From assembly GCF_046119375.1 (NCBI RefSeq), contig NW_027362762.1:880028001-880092000 (forward strand): a DNA stretch of 64,000 nt, read 5' to 3'. Position 1 is the stretch's first letter; each line of letters opens with the position of its first letter. The translations under genes were made by a program, and so were the position numbers. The DNA comes from Phyllobates terribilis. Lineage: Eukaryota. The notes below the pieces were generated by a model. It saw nothing but the letters and a program-made list of their open reading frames with translations. It was not told the origin of the DNA and did not search any database. This document shows positions 23,573 to 39,000 of this stretch, piece after piece.

Positions 23573-24690
23573 GTACGTGGTCAGTGCCCTCTTAGTAGAC
23601 GTAGCCAAGCATGTCCTGTCTGCCCACACTGTGGCTGCTGATCCTTTTTTCCATTTTCTCCAATATGCTCCACTGCATTATTTCTGCCCATCCTTCTAAT
23701 AGAAAAGCAGTATATTGTGATGTGAGCACTCTCTGCATTGTGAAACCTGAACACTCCTGCTTTGCACATACAGAAAGTAGGAAGATTTCTTCCCTTTTTT
23801 TTTTTTTTTTTTTGTTTTATCTTGTAAGCAGGCCTGTCTGTACAGGGAGATAATGACCAGCAGACACCCCGGGCCTCTCTGATAGCAATAGCAAGGGCGG
23901 GGGCTTCATGGTAAGAAGACACAGAATGCTGACCCCCGCTATCACGTAACGCCCTGATCGGAGTGTACGAGCGGCTCTGTACCACTGACTCCACTGGGGC
24001 GAGTGGATCACACCAAGAATACCTTACTTTGATGCTCAAGTCAATAGGAAACCTATATGGCCATAATAAAGTGACACAGAACCTAAGGCCTCATTCAGAC
24101 TTCTGTTTATTGTATTTTTGGGGGGACGGAGTAATTTGCATTAGTGCGCTGGATCAGTTTTTGTCAAAAAGACAAATTTGCAAATCTTTTCCTACCTTTT
24201 AAAAATGCACTGCACACGGATGGCAGTATGAGCTGTCAATGATGTTTATAGACTCATCGGCTTGTTTAGGTTTTTTTTTTTTTTTTTGGTTGATCTGTGG
24301 CTCAGATCAAAAATGTACATGTCTCCGTGAGTTTTTTTTTTTTTTTTACAGATACATGTTCCACAAAAAAAATCCCCCAGACCTGTGAACTGACAGGTAT
24401 TCGGTCAGCATTTTTTCTCATGAGTGGGAGCCAAAAGTGGCTCCCACTCCTGAGAAAAAATACTGACCGAATACTGATAATGGGGCCGTGGCCTTGGGGC
24501 TCATTCTGTACCCAAAACTTGTGTTTTAGTGAATATCGACTGCTTCTAACTCTCTGACCCTGAGATGCAGGGTCCCTGTAATATGTTATTGATCTCCCTG
24601 TATGGTCAGTGAATTTATGGGATCAGTGTCGGTACTGTGAGATCGCAGTAACACCGCACGCCCCGGGGATTTATCATTCATCTTTTTCAG

Positions 24691-24909
24691 GTGTGACGAT
24701 TACTTCTTCATCAAGCATCGCGGTGAACGCAGAGGGGTCGGTGGCATTTTCTTTGATGATCTGGACTCCCCATCAAGAGATGACCTTTTCCAGTTTGTGA
24801 AGAGTTGTGCCAAGGCCGTGGTGCCATGTTATATCCCCATTGTGAATAAACACAAGAATGACGCCTTCAGCCCGGAGGAGAAGATGTGGCAGCAGCTGCG
24901 CAGAGGACG
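24691..24909 (+). CDS. CPOX: CPOX exon 5 (219 bp)
   Basis: [25 protein letters not shown]...WQQLRRGR; TTTCAG| and |GTGAGC. Confidence 0.97.
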
Positions 24910-24925
24910 GTGAGCATCATCTGAA

Positions 24926-25277
24926 AGGGGGCTGGTCACCAGATCAAAAGTGCTCAGTTCTGCCCTTCTTTTATTCCCTTTATTTCCCTTAGTATTCCGT
25001 TTTTACTTTTTTCTGTTTTCTAAATTCCACTATAGTTAGAGAACAAAGCCTTTTTATTTAGATTTATATGTATTTTACAAGGGGGCATAACGCCCCTACA
25101 GGATCCCGTGAGCCATGCCCCATTAATAAGGACCATAAAAATTACCACTAAATAAAAAGCCCCATATCTCTGGAACCATATGGCGGATTTTAGCAAAACA
25201 AAATCTAAAATAATCAGGAGAGCAGCGGGAATACAAGAAGCACAAACTGGCCACTCTTGATCTGGTGACAGATCTCC
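24926..25277. mobile_element. T2/Kolobok-type MITE at the start of CPOX intron 5
   Basis: AGGGGGCTGGTCACCAGATCAA...TTGATCTGGTGACAGATCTCC(T)TTAA; a second T2-type left end begins right after the same TTAA. Confidence 0.65.
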
Positions 25278-26367
25278 TTAAAGGGGTTAGCCATTTTATT
25301 ACAGACTAATATGGTTCAAGCCGCTTAATACAGCCTATTTGTAAGGTCTGTGTCATTTTGTACAATGGTAAAGCCGCACAGCTGGACCAGCCATCCTCCA
25401 TGGACACCTCTGCCATCGGGATGGCTTTTAGTACAGGGGCCTGTGACCCGATACTAGGTAGACATCGTCCTACATGTATATTGTACAGCAAGTATGTGCT
25501 TTACTATCAGATAGTATAACTACTGGACCGTCAGTGTATTGCCTCCATATTACTATGACAGGGAATAGTACACAAGCATTTATAGATGCATTAATTTATC
25601 TGATCCCTGTCCTTTTACAAGAGATTATGGTAAGCTGTACAGGGATCCAGTTCGGTCCCCAGCAGTCTCATGTGGACACCAGTCATTATATCTAGATCAT
25701 GAGTGATCCGTATATAGATGGATGCATAAATGTGTTCAGGACTAGGACCACATGGCAGCTCTGGTCTTGCAAAACCAAGTGCTATGCAGATTGCACAAAA
25801 AAGAAAAAAAAGAAAAATAGTTGTGAGGTTTATCTGCAATTTGCTTTTGCACTGATGTGTTGTGCAATGTAGAATTTGCAACGGCAATCGCACACGAACT
25901 AATGTCACATACGACGGACATTGAATTCTGTTGGAAAAGTGGCTTGTGACCACTAACCGGGTTTGGACTGTGCCGTGACTCAGTAACAAGGCCACATTCA
26001 TAATCATTACTTGCAGAGCTTCCTCTGACCTGCAGATACACTGATGTGAGCAATCAGGGACGTGTGCTTTCTTCCTAAACCTCTAGTGCTGGGGTTACAG
26101 TTGATGGAAATCTCCCATCTGATCTGACATTGGGTGACAAGATCCAGATTAATCTGTATCCTAGATGTAAACACTAGGGGGCGCTCAGGTACAATTCCAC
26201 AAATTCTAAGTGTGTTTGCAGTGGAGATTTTGGCCTCTGCTGCATCTAAATCCCTGACTCGATCTATGAAAATGGATAATTTTAAAGGGAGAATTTACCT
26301 GTTGGGGGGGTAAATCTAGACATATATACTGTGCACCCAGTTTAGAGAAGACTTGCTGATTAAATGA

Positions 26368-26592
<225 letters not shown>

Positions 26593-26928
26593 TAGGTGTA
26601 TGTCTAATAAGACAGTGGTTCAGTAGCATGTTGCCATGGAAACACATAAGTCTGCTAAGAAGCTGCATACACAAAACTAATGTAATGTTCTAAAGAAAGG
26701 TACGATTACTGAGAATACGAGCAAATTGTGCCCCAGTATATAACATGGGTTACAAACACCATTCTACTAGTTCAGAATATTAGGCAAAGATGACAAGTCA
26801 AGAAAACCATGTAAAGATAAGCAAGTTATGAGCAGGAAGGCCAGATGCCACAAAATGGATTTTATTTTATTTTTTATCATGACAACTTATAAAGTTTCTT
26901 CTTACACTTTTTTTTTTGTCTTTCTTAA

Positions 26929-27098
26929 AGGGGTTGTCCACTACTTTGACATTGATGCCCTATCCATAGGATAGGGCATCAATGTATGATCGGCCGGGGT
27001 CCCGCACATGGCATCGATAACAGCTGATCGACGGAGGTGCCACGCGCGGGACCCCATCCAATCATAGGGCATCAATGTCAAAGTAGTGGACAACTTCT
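26929..27098. mobile_element. Short palindromic T2/Kolobok-type MITE
   Basis: TTAA|AGGGGTTGTCCACTACTTTGACATTGATGCCC...GGGCATCAATGTCAAAGTAGTGGACAACTTCT|TTAA. Confidence 0.88.
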
Positions 27099-27549
27099 TT
27101 AATGTTCACCATTATGGGCAGAGGAGTTTAGATTTTCCAAATGTTTTTTGCCCAATTCGTCATTTGCAACTTCTCAAAAAGTCTGAATTTGTTGCAAATG
27201 TACTTCAGCCTTCCCAGAAGGATTTTTATGTACAACAGTTATTTGGGCATTATTAATAATAATAATATAATATTATACTTTTTGCGTGTGACTAAGCCTC
27301 TAAAAATTCACAAAATAAAATTTCAAGACAAAAATAAAGACCATTTTTGACTTTGTGCTCAATTTATGAGCCCTGTACACCATTTTGATGAATAAGGAGT
27401 AAAAGAAAGTGACTTAAATAAAAACCACATGTCGAATTGGGGTCTATTTTTTTCCACAGTGCATGAACTCCCATCTGCATTGTCTTTTAAATTGCGGTAA
27501 TTGTCTGACTGAATTAGTCATTTTCTGTTTCTAAGCTGCTAATTCTTAT

Positions 27550-27915
27550 AGGCGTGTTCCCATCTCCAGGATCCTATCCTAATATGTAGTAGCTATAATA
27601 ATAATATTAGCAAATCCCTCCAGAAATGTAGTATAGTTCTTCTGATTCGCTATGTCGCTTACCCTGTATGCAGGGCATTGCAGCAGCTTGGGTATCCATG
27701 GTTACGAGTTACAACCACTAGAACTAACTGACTGTCACTATATGAGTCGTTGTAACCATGGATACCTAAGGTCCTGCAATGCCCTGCACATGGGGTACGT
27801 GACACAGCGAATCAGGAAAACTATACTACATTTCTAATTGGAGATATTTGCTAATAATAATATTATTATACTGATTCCATATTGGGATAGGATCTGGGAG
27901 ATGGAAATACCTCTT
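27550..27915. mobile_element. Palindromic MITE in CPOX intron 6
   Basis: TTCCCATCTCCAGGATCCTATCC vs GGATAGGATCTGGGAGATGGAA; inner arms TAGCAAAT.../...ATTTGCTA. Confidence 0.7.
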
Positions 27916-28048
27916 TTTAAGCCTTTTGAGGGGGGGGGGGAATGCCTGCTGGAATGTTAAAGTTAAATATTTTTTTTATAAAATCTGTTTATAAATAAAT
28001 GATTTCACATACTGGACGGGCTTGTAACTTATCCTTTTGCTTTCTCAG

Positions 28049-28136
28049 ATGGGAATATATGCATGTGCCTCCTTCAGAGTCTCGGGAGGCAGAGATCCTA
28101 AAAATTCTGCGGGAACCCAAAGACTGGGTGCGTTAA
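28049..28136 (+). CDS. CPOX: CPOX exon 7, coding part (88 bp with stop)
   Basis: [28 protein letters not shown]; TTCTCAG| acceptor. The seven exons total 1221 nt = 406 aa plus stop, with all phases matching. Confidence 0.97.
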
Positions 28137-30050
28137 TGATCTCAGGGACGTCATGCACGATGCCATAACCGGAAGCAGGACCTGAGGAGACTTGGCATGG
28201 GAAGAAATCTGTGTTCTTTCTTTACACGTGCCTTACCTGTTTAGTGCGTTCGTTCTTTCTTTTTCTGCTGGACCTGAGTCTGTGCGGGATTCATCCATGA
28301 TCTGGACCTCATGGGAGATACTTGATGTGTGACGACCACTTTCATATATTTCTATCAAATTTTATACACCTGATTTCTTTTATAGACCTGATCATTGCAG
28401 TACTACTATTCCCAGCGTGTCCTGTAACCCGAAGGGAGTTGTAGTTCTGCAATAGCTGGAGAGCCGTCGGTTGGAGACCAACGCACTAGATATTACAATA
28501 TTAAAGGGATTCTCCTGCCACAAATGCGCTCATTTCCTGGGGGTTGGACTCTGTAAAAAAAAAAAAAAAAACGTCCTATGCTCCTGCTGTCACCCTCCAT
28601 GGTCTGCGCTGGGAGCGATGACCACTTTATTTACACATCCCCAGACCGCGGCAGCTTGTGATTGGCTGCAGCGATCACTGCGCGTCATCAGAAAACCCAC
28701 CAGTTGACGCGCGGCTCAAATCACCTGATCGTTGCCGCCTTTCACAAACCACAGTGGTCTTACGGTTGGTTGAACTGCAATGCCACGACTCCGTCATAGA
28801 CAGCGGTGCCATCTGTGCTGGATCCAGGATGGTGACCGCTGGTGAACATGATTTATTTTGATATTCCTACCGGATCAAACCCCAAAGTAAACAGCACTTA
28901 TTGCACAGTCAACTTGCCCTTTGCATGTAATATCTTATATTCAGTGGGGATATGAGTATTTTGCTCAGGGCATTATAGTTGGGTGATAAAACGGATTGTG
29001 CTTTGTATCTTCAAAAAAATATCTCCCTTGTACAGATGGAGTGGGTTAAAGGGAATCAATCACCAGGTTTTTGCTACCTCAGTAGGAAAAGAGACCCTGA
29101 TTCCACCGCTGTATCACAACTGCAGCACCAAATAATAAACGAGTAGCAGAGCTGAGAAAGCTAACCCCGCACACACTACCTTTGTTTGGCAGCTTTCCGT
29201 GTACACTGTATATTGACAGTAAGCTGGTAATCAGTGCTGGATGACGGGGTTGGACCAGGAGGTACGAGACACCTAGTCCTGCAGTGATAATCTCCTGCTG
29301 ATAAAACACTCATTGTTTTGAAATGGCACACAGCTACGTGACTAGTGCTCGTTACTCGAGTTTGTCTAGGGTTTTTGGGTACGCACAGAGTATTGCGGGT
29401 GTTCGAGTGACATGATCGAGTCCCTCCGGCCACATGTTTCGCTGCTGTTTAGACAACCACAAAACATGCGTGGATTTCTCGTGTTTGTCAGGCAATCCCC
29501 GCGTATTTTGTGGCTAACAGCCTCGAAACATGCGGCCACAAGGACTCTATCGTGTTCCTCGAGCACCCGCAATACTCAGTGCATACCCTAATGCTGTCGT
29601 CAGATTACATGGCAAAAACCTGCTGACATATTCCATTTTAATTGCAATAAATTGTACTATGGCATCTGAGCTGAGCTAGGTTTTTAATAAATAATTTACT
29701 CCCCACTACCACTGCCCGGTCTATCCTCTTTTCAGGCGTGGCTAGTGAATGATTGGCTGCAACAGACGCTTCTCCACAAATCATGGTTTGTATTTTAGAT
29801 GTTAAATGCAAAAAAATATTCTGTCTTTGACCATCCGCCAATGTTTTGTTCTTGGTTATTCCATATTGTGTCTCTGTGCTGCCCGCGCTGCTATTATGGA
29901 CTGATACAAGTCTCAGCATTGCCCTTCTCAGCAGCGTCCTTACATTTCCCCGCTGTTGCACTTCTCCGCTGCGTGCGTTTTCTTCCTGTCTTTAGTGTCT
30001 GCTGCGTTCTCTGCCGGAGATCTTCATCCTCTGCGCTCCGGGAGAATGAG

Positions 30051-33000
30051 ATGAATATTAGAGAAGATGGTATTATACTGAATTTTATATGTAATTGTGC
30101 ACTGATGATTTTGGACTGTGACAATGCCAAGCTGATTTTTATACTTTTTTATATTTATTTTGATCAGGAAAATAAAGCAGGTAATATTTTGTTATAATAA
30201 ATAAAATTATTTTATGACCAATCAAAATGGGACTTTACTTGTAAAATATGAATTTATTACAAATTTCAATGACATCTGCAATATTCCTACAAGAAGCTTT
30301 GCAGGATTAGAAAAACATGGCTGCTAGCTTTCAAAAACAGCGCCACCCCTGGCCACAGTTTGTGCATTGTATTACGGCTCAGCACCATTAACTTCAATGG
30401 TTAAAAAGAAGGAAGCAATGAACACCTAACGGTACGTACGAATTCTCTGTCTGAGTGCTGCCGTGTGATAAAACGGACTAATATTCAATGTATTCGTTGA
30501 CCTGAACCTTTTCCCACATGGACCATAGGTCTGTGTAAGGGGGAAGGGAGGGACTTGCCTACATATTTCAGTGCAAAAAAATAGATGCAGCACGGACGTC
30601 ATTCGCATAGCATCGATTTTTAACGGATCATTGTAATTACTAACATGGAGAGCTTTTTGGTCTTGTATAATTTTAATTGCTGCATGAAAGCGAATATCAA
30701 AAACAGACATACAGATGAAAAATAGTCCTTTTTTTTTTTTTTTCCAGGTGGAAAAAAAAACAACATTTTTATACACTTATATTAACTTGACCAAATGTTG
30801 GAGAACCAAAATTTGGTGCAAATGATCTCCAGTCTTACTCCCGGAGTGAATTTATGTGCACTAGGTATTTTGATGCCATTTTTTGCAAAATGTGTGACCT
30901 TTGTGCTAAAAAGTCACAAAACTAGTGAAGTTAAAAATAAATTTTGTGCAAAATTCATAAAGCACGTTTGTCTTTTTTAAGAATTTGGCATAAAAAAAAG
31001 TCAATAAGTGCCAAAAAAACAAACAAAAGTGACTTAAAGTCTTTGTATTCAATATATTCATCATCTACAGTGGTGTGAACAAGTGTTTGCCCCCTTCATG
31101 ATTTCTTATTCTTTTGCATGTTTGTCACACTTAAATGTTTCAGATCACAAAACAAATTTAACTATTAGACAAAGATAACACAAGTAAACACAAAATGCAG
31201 TTTTTAAATGAAGGTTTTTATTAAGGAAAAAAGAAATCCAAACCTGCAGGGTCCTGTGTGAAAAAGTGATTATACCCCCCCTCTTCCTTAAAACATAATT
31301 TAACTGTGGTTTATCACATCTTTGGGAAGCCGAGTTCAGTTTCCCAATTTCAGGCCTGATTACTGTCACACCTGTTCTCAATCAAGAAATCACTTAAATA
31401 GGCCCTGCCTGACAAAGTGGAGTAGACTAAAAGAGATTCAAAACGTAGAGATCATGCTGTGATCCAGAGAAATTCAGGAATCAATGAGAAACAAAGTAAT
31501 TTGGGATCTATCAGTCTGGAAAAGGTTCTAAAGGCATTTCTAAAGCTTTGGGACTCCAGCGGACCACAGTGAGAGCAATTATCCACATAACCCAAGCTGA
31601 AACACACTGACCAAAACACACCAGAAAGTCCACCTCTGAATGGCTTAAATACAAAATTAAGACTTTGGTGTGGCCTAGTCAAACTCCTGACCTTAATGCG
31701 ATGCAGATGCTGTGCCATGGACCTTAAAAATGCAGTAAATGATCGGAAACCCTCCAACCACTTATTGGGTTTAGAGGGCAATCACTTTATCACACAGGGC
31801 CCTGTAGGTTTGGATTTCTTTTTCCCTTAATAATAAAGACCTTTTTAAAAAAAATGCATTTTGTGTTTTCTTTGTCTAATATTTAAATTTGTTTTGTGAT
31901 CTGAAACATTAAAGTGTGACAAACATGCACAAGAATAAGAAATCTGGAAGGTGGCAAATACTTTTTCACACCATTGTTTATACTTTCTGGTGTTGATATA
32001 CAGAGGTTTGTTGGCATTATAATTGTCTTTCACGAAATGGAGAAGCCTGATAAGGGTCACTTCGTTCCTGTCCCTCTGTCATAGTAACAACATCTTGATT
32101 TTTTTTTTTTTTAGAATAGGGATTTTCTGACCAGATCATCTGTTGCTGCTGCAGGAGATTAAGTCTAATCTTGGGTTCTGAACTGCATGAGCCCTCGGCA
32201 CGTAGAAGCTCCTCTGTATTTGCTGCTGCTGTTGTAATTTTGAAGCTGCATAAAATTTGGAAATGTGACCTACTGTCCTGCTAGTAGTGCTAATGTTATA
32301 TGTGGTAGGGCACCTATTTTAGTGGCTTGTTCTGGTGGCAAACGCATGGATTTTTGCATTGCTCATACAGCCGAATGAAAGTTGCAATAATATCTGCAGT
32401 CCCTAAGGCTGCATGTACAGAACATGAGTAGGATATGTGCAGTGTTTGTTCATCTGCTATAATAACGAGTCATAATAATCCAGTGTCATTTACTGGTCAT
32501 GCCGACCTATTTTTACTTTGCTTCATTTATCTGCACAGCTCCAGTACTGCACTCTCCATATGTTTTCCTCCTTGTCTACAGCCTGTTTTCTGTACCATCC
32601 CATCTACTTTCTTACCTCTCTATTGCAAATTTGTGCGCAACCCACCCCCTATGGTATACATGCCAAACTCTGGCCTGCAGGGTGATTATATTTGGCCCGC
32701 GACACCAGAACCACCACTCCTATGTAAGGCCCATTATTCTGTATGGAGGACTATGTTGGGCCAGTACTTTGTATGGAGGACTATGTTGGGCCAGTACTTT
32801 GTACGGAGGACTGTGTGGGGTCCATTATTCTGTCTGGAGGACTGTGTGGGGTCCACTATTCTGTCTGGAGGACCGCGTGGGGTCCACTATTCTGTCTGGA
32901 GGACCGCGTGGGGTCCACTATTCTGTCTGGAGGACCGCGTGGGGTCCACTATTCTGTATACAGGTTGGCCTGCGACTTTGTCCAAGTTTTTCATTTTGGC

Positions 33001-36000
33001 TCTCTGCGTGTGGACATCCCTCCCCCTATGGCTTGCTTTAACACCAAGAGAAGGGAATTCATGGAGAGATGTCAGAAGGCGTTGTACAGCACTCGGCTAA
33101 ATAGAGTTTATAGACACTATCGCAGAAAACGGTAGAAATATATATTAATTAACACTATTTAAAAAGTTGATTAACTTTCCATTAGGAAGAAAATGAACAA
33201 CACAACAAGTTCAATACAAAGCTAGCATTGCCTTTATGTGCACCCCAAGCTGAAAGAGCCCAAAATACCACCAATATCACCAGCACTGAAACAATAGCAG
33301 TGTCATGTATATAATATTCACTTACTATTTTTACCCAAAGTAATAATATGAAAGTCAATACTCAGCCAAAAATATTGCAGTTTTAACCCCCATAGTACAG
33401 CCGCATGCCTGGACAAGGTGGCTGCCACTATGACTGACTAAGATTAAACTGTCTCCTGTTCTGTTCCCTCGTGTTGTCATCTCAGTTTTTTTTCATTTCA
33501 AACTTATAGATTCATCCAGGGTGCAGGGCTGCAAATAAGAACAGTGGTAGATCATGTATTAACCCAGAAAATTAAGTACGGTATTTGTAATTTGTAGCAT
33601 CTCAATTTTTCAATGGTAACCACACAGCCTCACTGCGCACGCGCGGGACTAGCGGCCGGACATGTTGAAATGCGCATGCGCCCCACAATAATAGCACTTG
33701 CCGGGAGCAATATTCAGATACATGAGCAGCGCTGCCCCTGACTGAATAGCAGAATCACACCTTTATGACTGAAAATGAGCAGGTAGGACATGGTATATAT
33801 AATGTTATAAAATCATTATACTACCACCGTTTTAATGAAAAAAGCTTGCATCACTAACAAAGCAATGGGGGCAGTGTAGAGAGTAGCTAGGACGTGACAG
33901 GTTCTCTTTCAATAGTCTTTTTAGGAGAGCTGAAGCTGCGATCTTCCTATCGCTTGTGCTACACATAGTAGGGCTTCAGCCCTGCTATGCGTAGCAGAAA
34001 TAATCATCTCCTACAGAGGGGAATAAAAGTATTTAGTCAGCCACCAATTGTGCAAGTTCTCCCTCTTAAAAAGATGAGAGAGGCCTGTAATTGACATCAC
34101 AGGTAGACCTCAACTATGAGAGACAAAATGAGAAAACAAATCCTGAAAATCACATTGTCTGATTTGGAAAGAATTTTTTTTCAAATTTTGGTGGAAAATA
34201 AGTATTTGGTCAATTACAAAAGTTCATCTCAATACTTTGTTATATATCCTTTGTTGGCAATGACAGAGGTGAAACGTTTTCTGTAAGTCTTCACAAGGTT
34301 GGCATACACTGTTGCTGGTATGTTGGCCCATTCCTCCATGCAGATCTCCTCTAGAGCAGTCATGTTTTGGGGCTGTCGCTGGGAAACACGGACTTTCAAC
34401 TCCCTCCAAATGTTTTCTATAGAGTTTAGATCTGGAGACTGGCTAGGCCACTCCAGGACATTGAAATGCTTCTTACGAAGCCACTCTTTCATTGACCTGG
34501 CGGTGTGCTTGGGATCATTGTCATGCTGAAAGACCCAGCCACGTTTCATCTTCAGTGCCCTTCCTGATGGAAGTAGGTTTGCACTCAAAATCTCACGATA
34601 CATGGCCACATTCATTCTTTCATGTACACAGATCAGTCGTCCTGGTCCCTTGGCAGAGAAATAGCCCCAAAGCATGATGCCACCCCTATGCTTCACAGTA
34701 GGTATGGTGTTCTTTGGATGCAACTCAGCATTCTTTCTCCTCCAAACATGCCGAGTTGTGTTTCTACCAAACAGTTCTACTTTCGTTTCATCTAACCATC
34801 TGACATTCTCCCAATACTCTTCTGGATCATTCAAATGCTCTCTAGCAAACTTCAGACGTGCCCGGACATGTAATGGCTTAAGCAGGGGGACACTGGCACT
34901 GCAGGATCTGAGTCCCTGGCGGCCTAGTGTGTTACTGATGGTAGCCTGTGTAACGTTGGTCACAGCTCTCTGCAGGTCATTCACTTGGGCCCCCCGTGTG
35001 GTTCTGGGATTTTTGCTCACCGTTCTTGAGATCATTTTGACCCCACAGGGTGAGATCTTGCGTGGAGCCCCAGATCGAGGGAGATGTCTTCCATTTTCTA
35101 ATTATTGCTCCCACAGTTGATTTCTTCACACCAAGCTGCTTGCCTATTGCAGATTCAGTCTTCCCAGCCTGGGGCAGGGCTACAATTTTGTTTCTGGTGT
35201 CCTTCGACAGCTCTTTGGTCTTCACCATAGTAGAGTTTGGAGTGTGACTGATGAGGTTGCGGACAGGTGTCTTTTTATACTGATCACAAGTTCAAACAGG
35301 TGCCAGTACTACAGGTAATGAGGACAGAGGAGCCTCTTAAAGAAGAAGTTACAGGTCTGTGAGAGCCAGAAATCTTGCTTGTTTGTAATTGACCAAATAC
35401 TTATTTTCCACCAAAATTTTTTAAAAAATTCTTTCCAAATCAGACAATGTGATTTTCAGGGTTTGTTTTCTCATTTTGTCTCTCATAGTTGAGGTCTACC
35501 TATGATGTCAATTACAGGCCTCTCTCATATTTTTAAGTGGGAGAACTTGCACAATTGGTGGCTGACTGAATACTTTTCTTCCCCACTGTATGAGCACCGG
35601 CCACAGGGCGGCACTCACAGCAGATCGGCAATGACAACCACAGGGGTCTCCTGTAGACCCCGGGTTGTCATGCCAACCCATCTGCGCCCCGCGATCATGT
35701 GACAGATGGGCGGTGCTAATGACGCGCATCCGGTTTGTGCAGGTTAAAGGCTGTCAGAGATTGACAGCCGCATCTAACAAGTTAACAGTCGCTGGTGGAC
35801 CGCGATTCCACCCGCGGCTGTTAGGAGCACATGACAGCTGATGAAAAGATGCGGGCTCAGTGCCAGAGCCCGCACCATAGGGGAAGACACAACATATGAC
35901 ATACCTATACGTCATATGTCGTGAAGGGGTTAAAGTTTGTTTTTCTCTGATACCCTGCAGTATTTCAGAGTCACGCATTTATGGCTGAAATCATACAGCC

Positions 36001-39000
36001 GGCGCCTGAGACACCATGTCCATGGAACAAGCGGCATGTATCAGCTGTCAGGTTTTCTTTAAGAACGGGAAAGCAAATTATGGATCACAAAAACATAAAA
36101 AAAGCCATCTTTCTATTTCTTTGTACAATCAGCAGCTTGGATGCTGTGTCTGCTGATAAGCTTTCATTGTGTCCAGGCACCTACAGTATTAAGAGGGACT
36201 GTCAGATCAGTGTATCCTGAAAGAAAAGCTGTCATCAGAAAATATACTGTTCAAATCAGGTTTGTATGCAGCTTCTTTTTAAAAAAAAAAAACATTGGAA
36301 ATGTATTTTTTTCATATCATATTAAAAAACAAAATGATTAATCTTGCAGTTTTCCCCCTGGGGCTTTTTTATGACTCATACTTTCTGTCCTTTCAGCAAG
36401 AGTTTTCAGCAGGCTCCTTACCATCACAGACAGGATTACAGTGACAGGTGACAACTCAATACACAGCTGATAACACAGGATTCCCCAGTTATAATATGGG
36501 ACATCACAGTTCCCCCTCTCTTCACAATGACCGTTGCATATGCTCATTAGGTGCTTCTGTAAGGTGCCCCAGCGAGGTAGTCATTGGCGAGCTGTAGCCC
36601 ATACTCGCTCTGGCACCCTACAGACAAGGTGTGTCCTCCCTCTGATGTGCTGAAGTGTATGTGGTGTTTTCCACTTACTTCTGACGAGCTGGTCTCTTCT
36701 GTATCCAGGGATTTCTTTTCTGGAACCAGGGCAGCAATAAATTCAGAGAACACAAAGTTGATAACAATAACTGGGACTTTACTGGGTAACTGGGAGTATG
36801 TACAATATTTACAGGCAGGTCTAAAGGCTAAGACCCAACGGGTTGTCATCTTTCCCATAGGTACTTGATACAACTTCAGCCCTGGTACCCACTTTAGCTG
36901 AAGCATCTCTGTTGCTCTGTTCTCTAGCCCTAGAGAATCTTCCTCACCAGTGACAGTATATCCGGATCCTAGTTCTGTCCACGTACTAGCCTTGAGTCCT
37001 AACTTCTTCTGCAATCCTGCAGACAGAATATGCCCCCAGGTCCTTCGAGGACTCTCTCGAGGTTCCCAGGACAGTTAAGGGGGGACTCTTGTGGAGGGAT
37101 TCTCCTATTTGATGATCCACTGTCTGGGGTCCTAGGTCCATGTCTACCCTAGCAGCCAGTATATAGAGCCTGTTGCTTTTCTGAAGCCCTGTACACTACT
37201 GGCCTATTCACTTCCTGTACTCAACAATAGCACTGGGTTTCCCCTCCCTCTACTGTGCTGGATTATCACAGCTAACCCCTTAACTGGACCTAACTGCAGC
37301 CCAGAGAGACCTAACTTTGGGAACAGGCTTTTTAACTATTTTAGTGCCAATGGGAAGCTACTTCTTTCACCAATATTACACTTCAATACAAATAATAGGT
37401 TCATTACTGCTAGTGTCCATGTGGATTACCTGAAATACCAGGAATTTAGAGTCTAAAATAGACTAGTGGCCAGGGGGAAAATTGCAACTGTCTCAGCTCC
37501 AGGGCCGGCTCTTCTCCCTTTCCACTACCCTTCGCTATGCTCCACATTGGGTTTCACAATTTGTCCAGCAAACTCTAGTCACATAATCACCCAGATGGTC
37601 TTAATGAGGTGGTCTGCTGGAGGCAGAGGTGTCTAATACATAAGAAGGCATGCGACTCACCACAAATATTATGGCAGTAAGATTTCTGGCATAATGTATG
37701 CTACAGCTTGTCATGAATTAGACGAGCTGCAGTGTTATGCCCCTGTCCTGTTCCATTTCCGCCCATTTTTAAAGTGCTGGGCGAAACTGGTGTCAAAATG
37801 CCACATTTTACTCCACATTTCTTCCAAAATGGCTGTACATCGTTGCTGCCGGCAGCTAGCTATTTTTTTGCTGTTAACCTTATGTCAGCTGTAAGCATTA
37901 CAAATTCAGCTCTGGAGTTTCAGTTCATATGTGTGTCTACACTCCTGCCTCTGTCTTCAGAAGTTTCCTGCTCCACTTGTCTGCCTGCTGTCCTGGTCCT
38001 CTCTGTTCCACGTGGGATCAAGCAAGTCCTACCCACTGTGACATCACCTTTGGTCCTTGTTGTCCACCTTGACCTGTGGCTTATAGAATCCACCTCACCA
38101 GGTGAAACCGTAACAAAATACTCTATGGAGTCTATGGATTCCAAAAGTGCAGTAGCATCAACACTGTTGCTCTTGAATATGGAAGACTTATGTGGACTCG
38201 TTACGTAATTTGCTGTGAACTAACGGGAGGTTGTCCAAGCTATATATGACCTCTCAGCCTGAATCAATGCACAGTCTTAAACTCCTGTGGTTAAATCCCC
38301 TGGGTCCTCAACATTTGCCAGAGCCTAATTCATACCGTGGACCTTCTGCTTGGGGAACATCTCTTGGGTTTTATGTACACTTTGAACTTTGTCCCCAACA
38401 ATTTTTATCGGTCAAAAGTGATATATATTTTTTCCCCATTATCTGGAGTTTCGGCGTGCAACATTGTGGAAGAGGGACAATACTATGATACATTATCTGC
38501 TATCCCTTCAATTATCATCCATAAAGTTGATTGACGAACAAGGTCATGTCCACTCAGCCGATGATTCCATTCTCTAGCTTAAAAAAAGGACAAACTCTGT
38601 GAGATGTTATGCCATCCAGTCATGTAGCCTGTCTGCTAGATTTGCTTTGAACAATGATGCTCTCCTGACTATCTTCTATGCCTATCCAATCGGATCAAAG
38701 ACAAACTTGCTAATAAGGATGCCATCTTCCCACCTTGATCTAATTTTTTTCATCACCAGAGTAGACTTGAATTTTAAAGGGAGGTCAAGGAAAAAAGCTC
38801 AAGATTACTGTGTCCTACATTCCAGAGCTACTTCTTTTGGCTGGAAAAACTGTTGACCGAAAGATTCCATTGTCTTACTGAAGGACTTGTGGTCTATATT
38901 CTAGTGAACAGGATTATTATTACTTAAGACCAAACAGGAAAACTTCAGACCCTAAGTAAAGGAGGAGTGATGTTGGGGTTTCCTCCACTAAAGACAACCA

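Noticed and set aside
36547-37014. 155-aa minus-strand ORF, and the nearby 158-aa + ORF at 37732-38208
   Set aside because: No recognisable domain; the surrounding sequence looks like LTR or other repeat remnant, and no consistent exon chain could be built on the minus strand.
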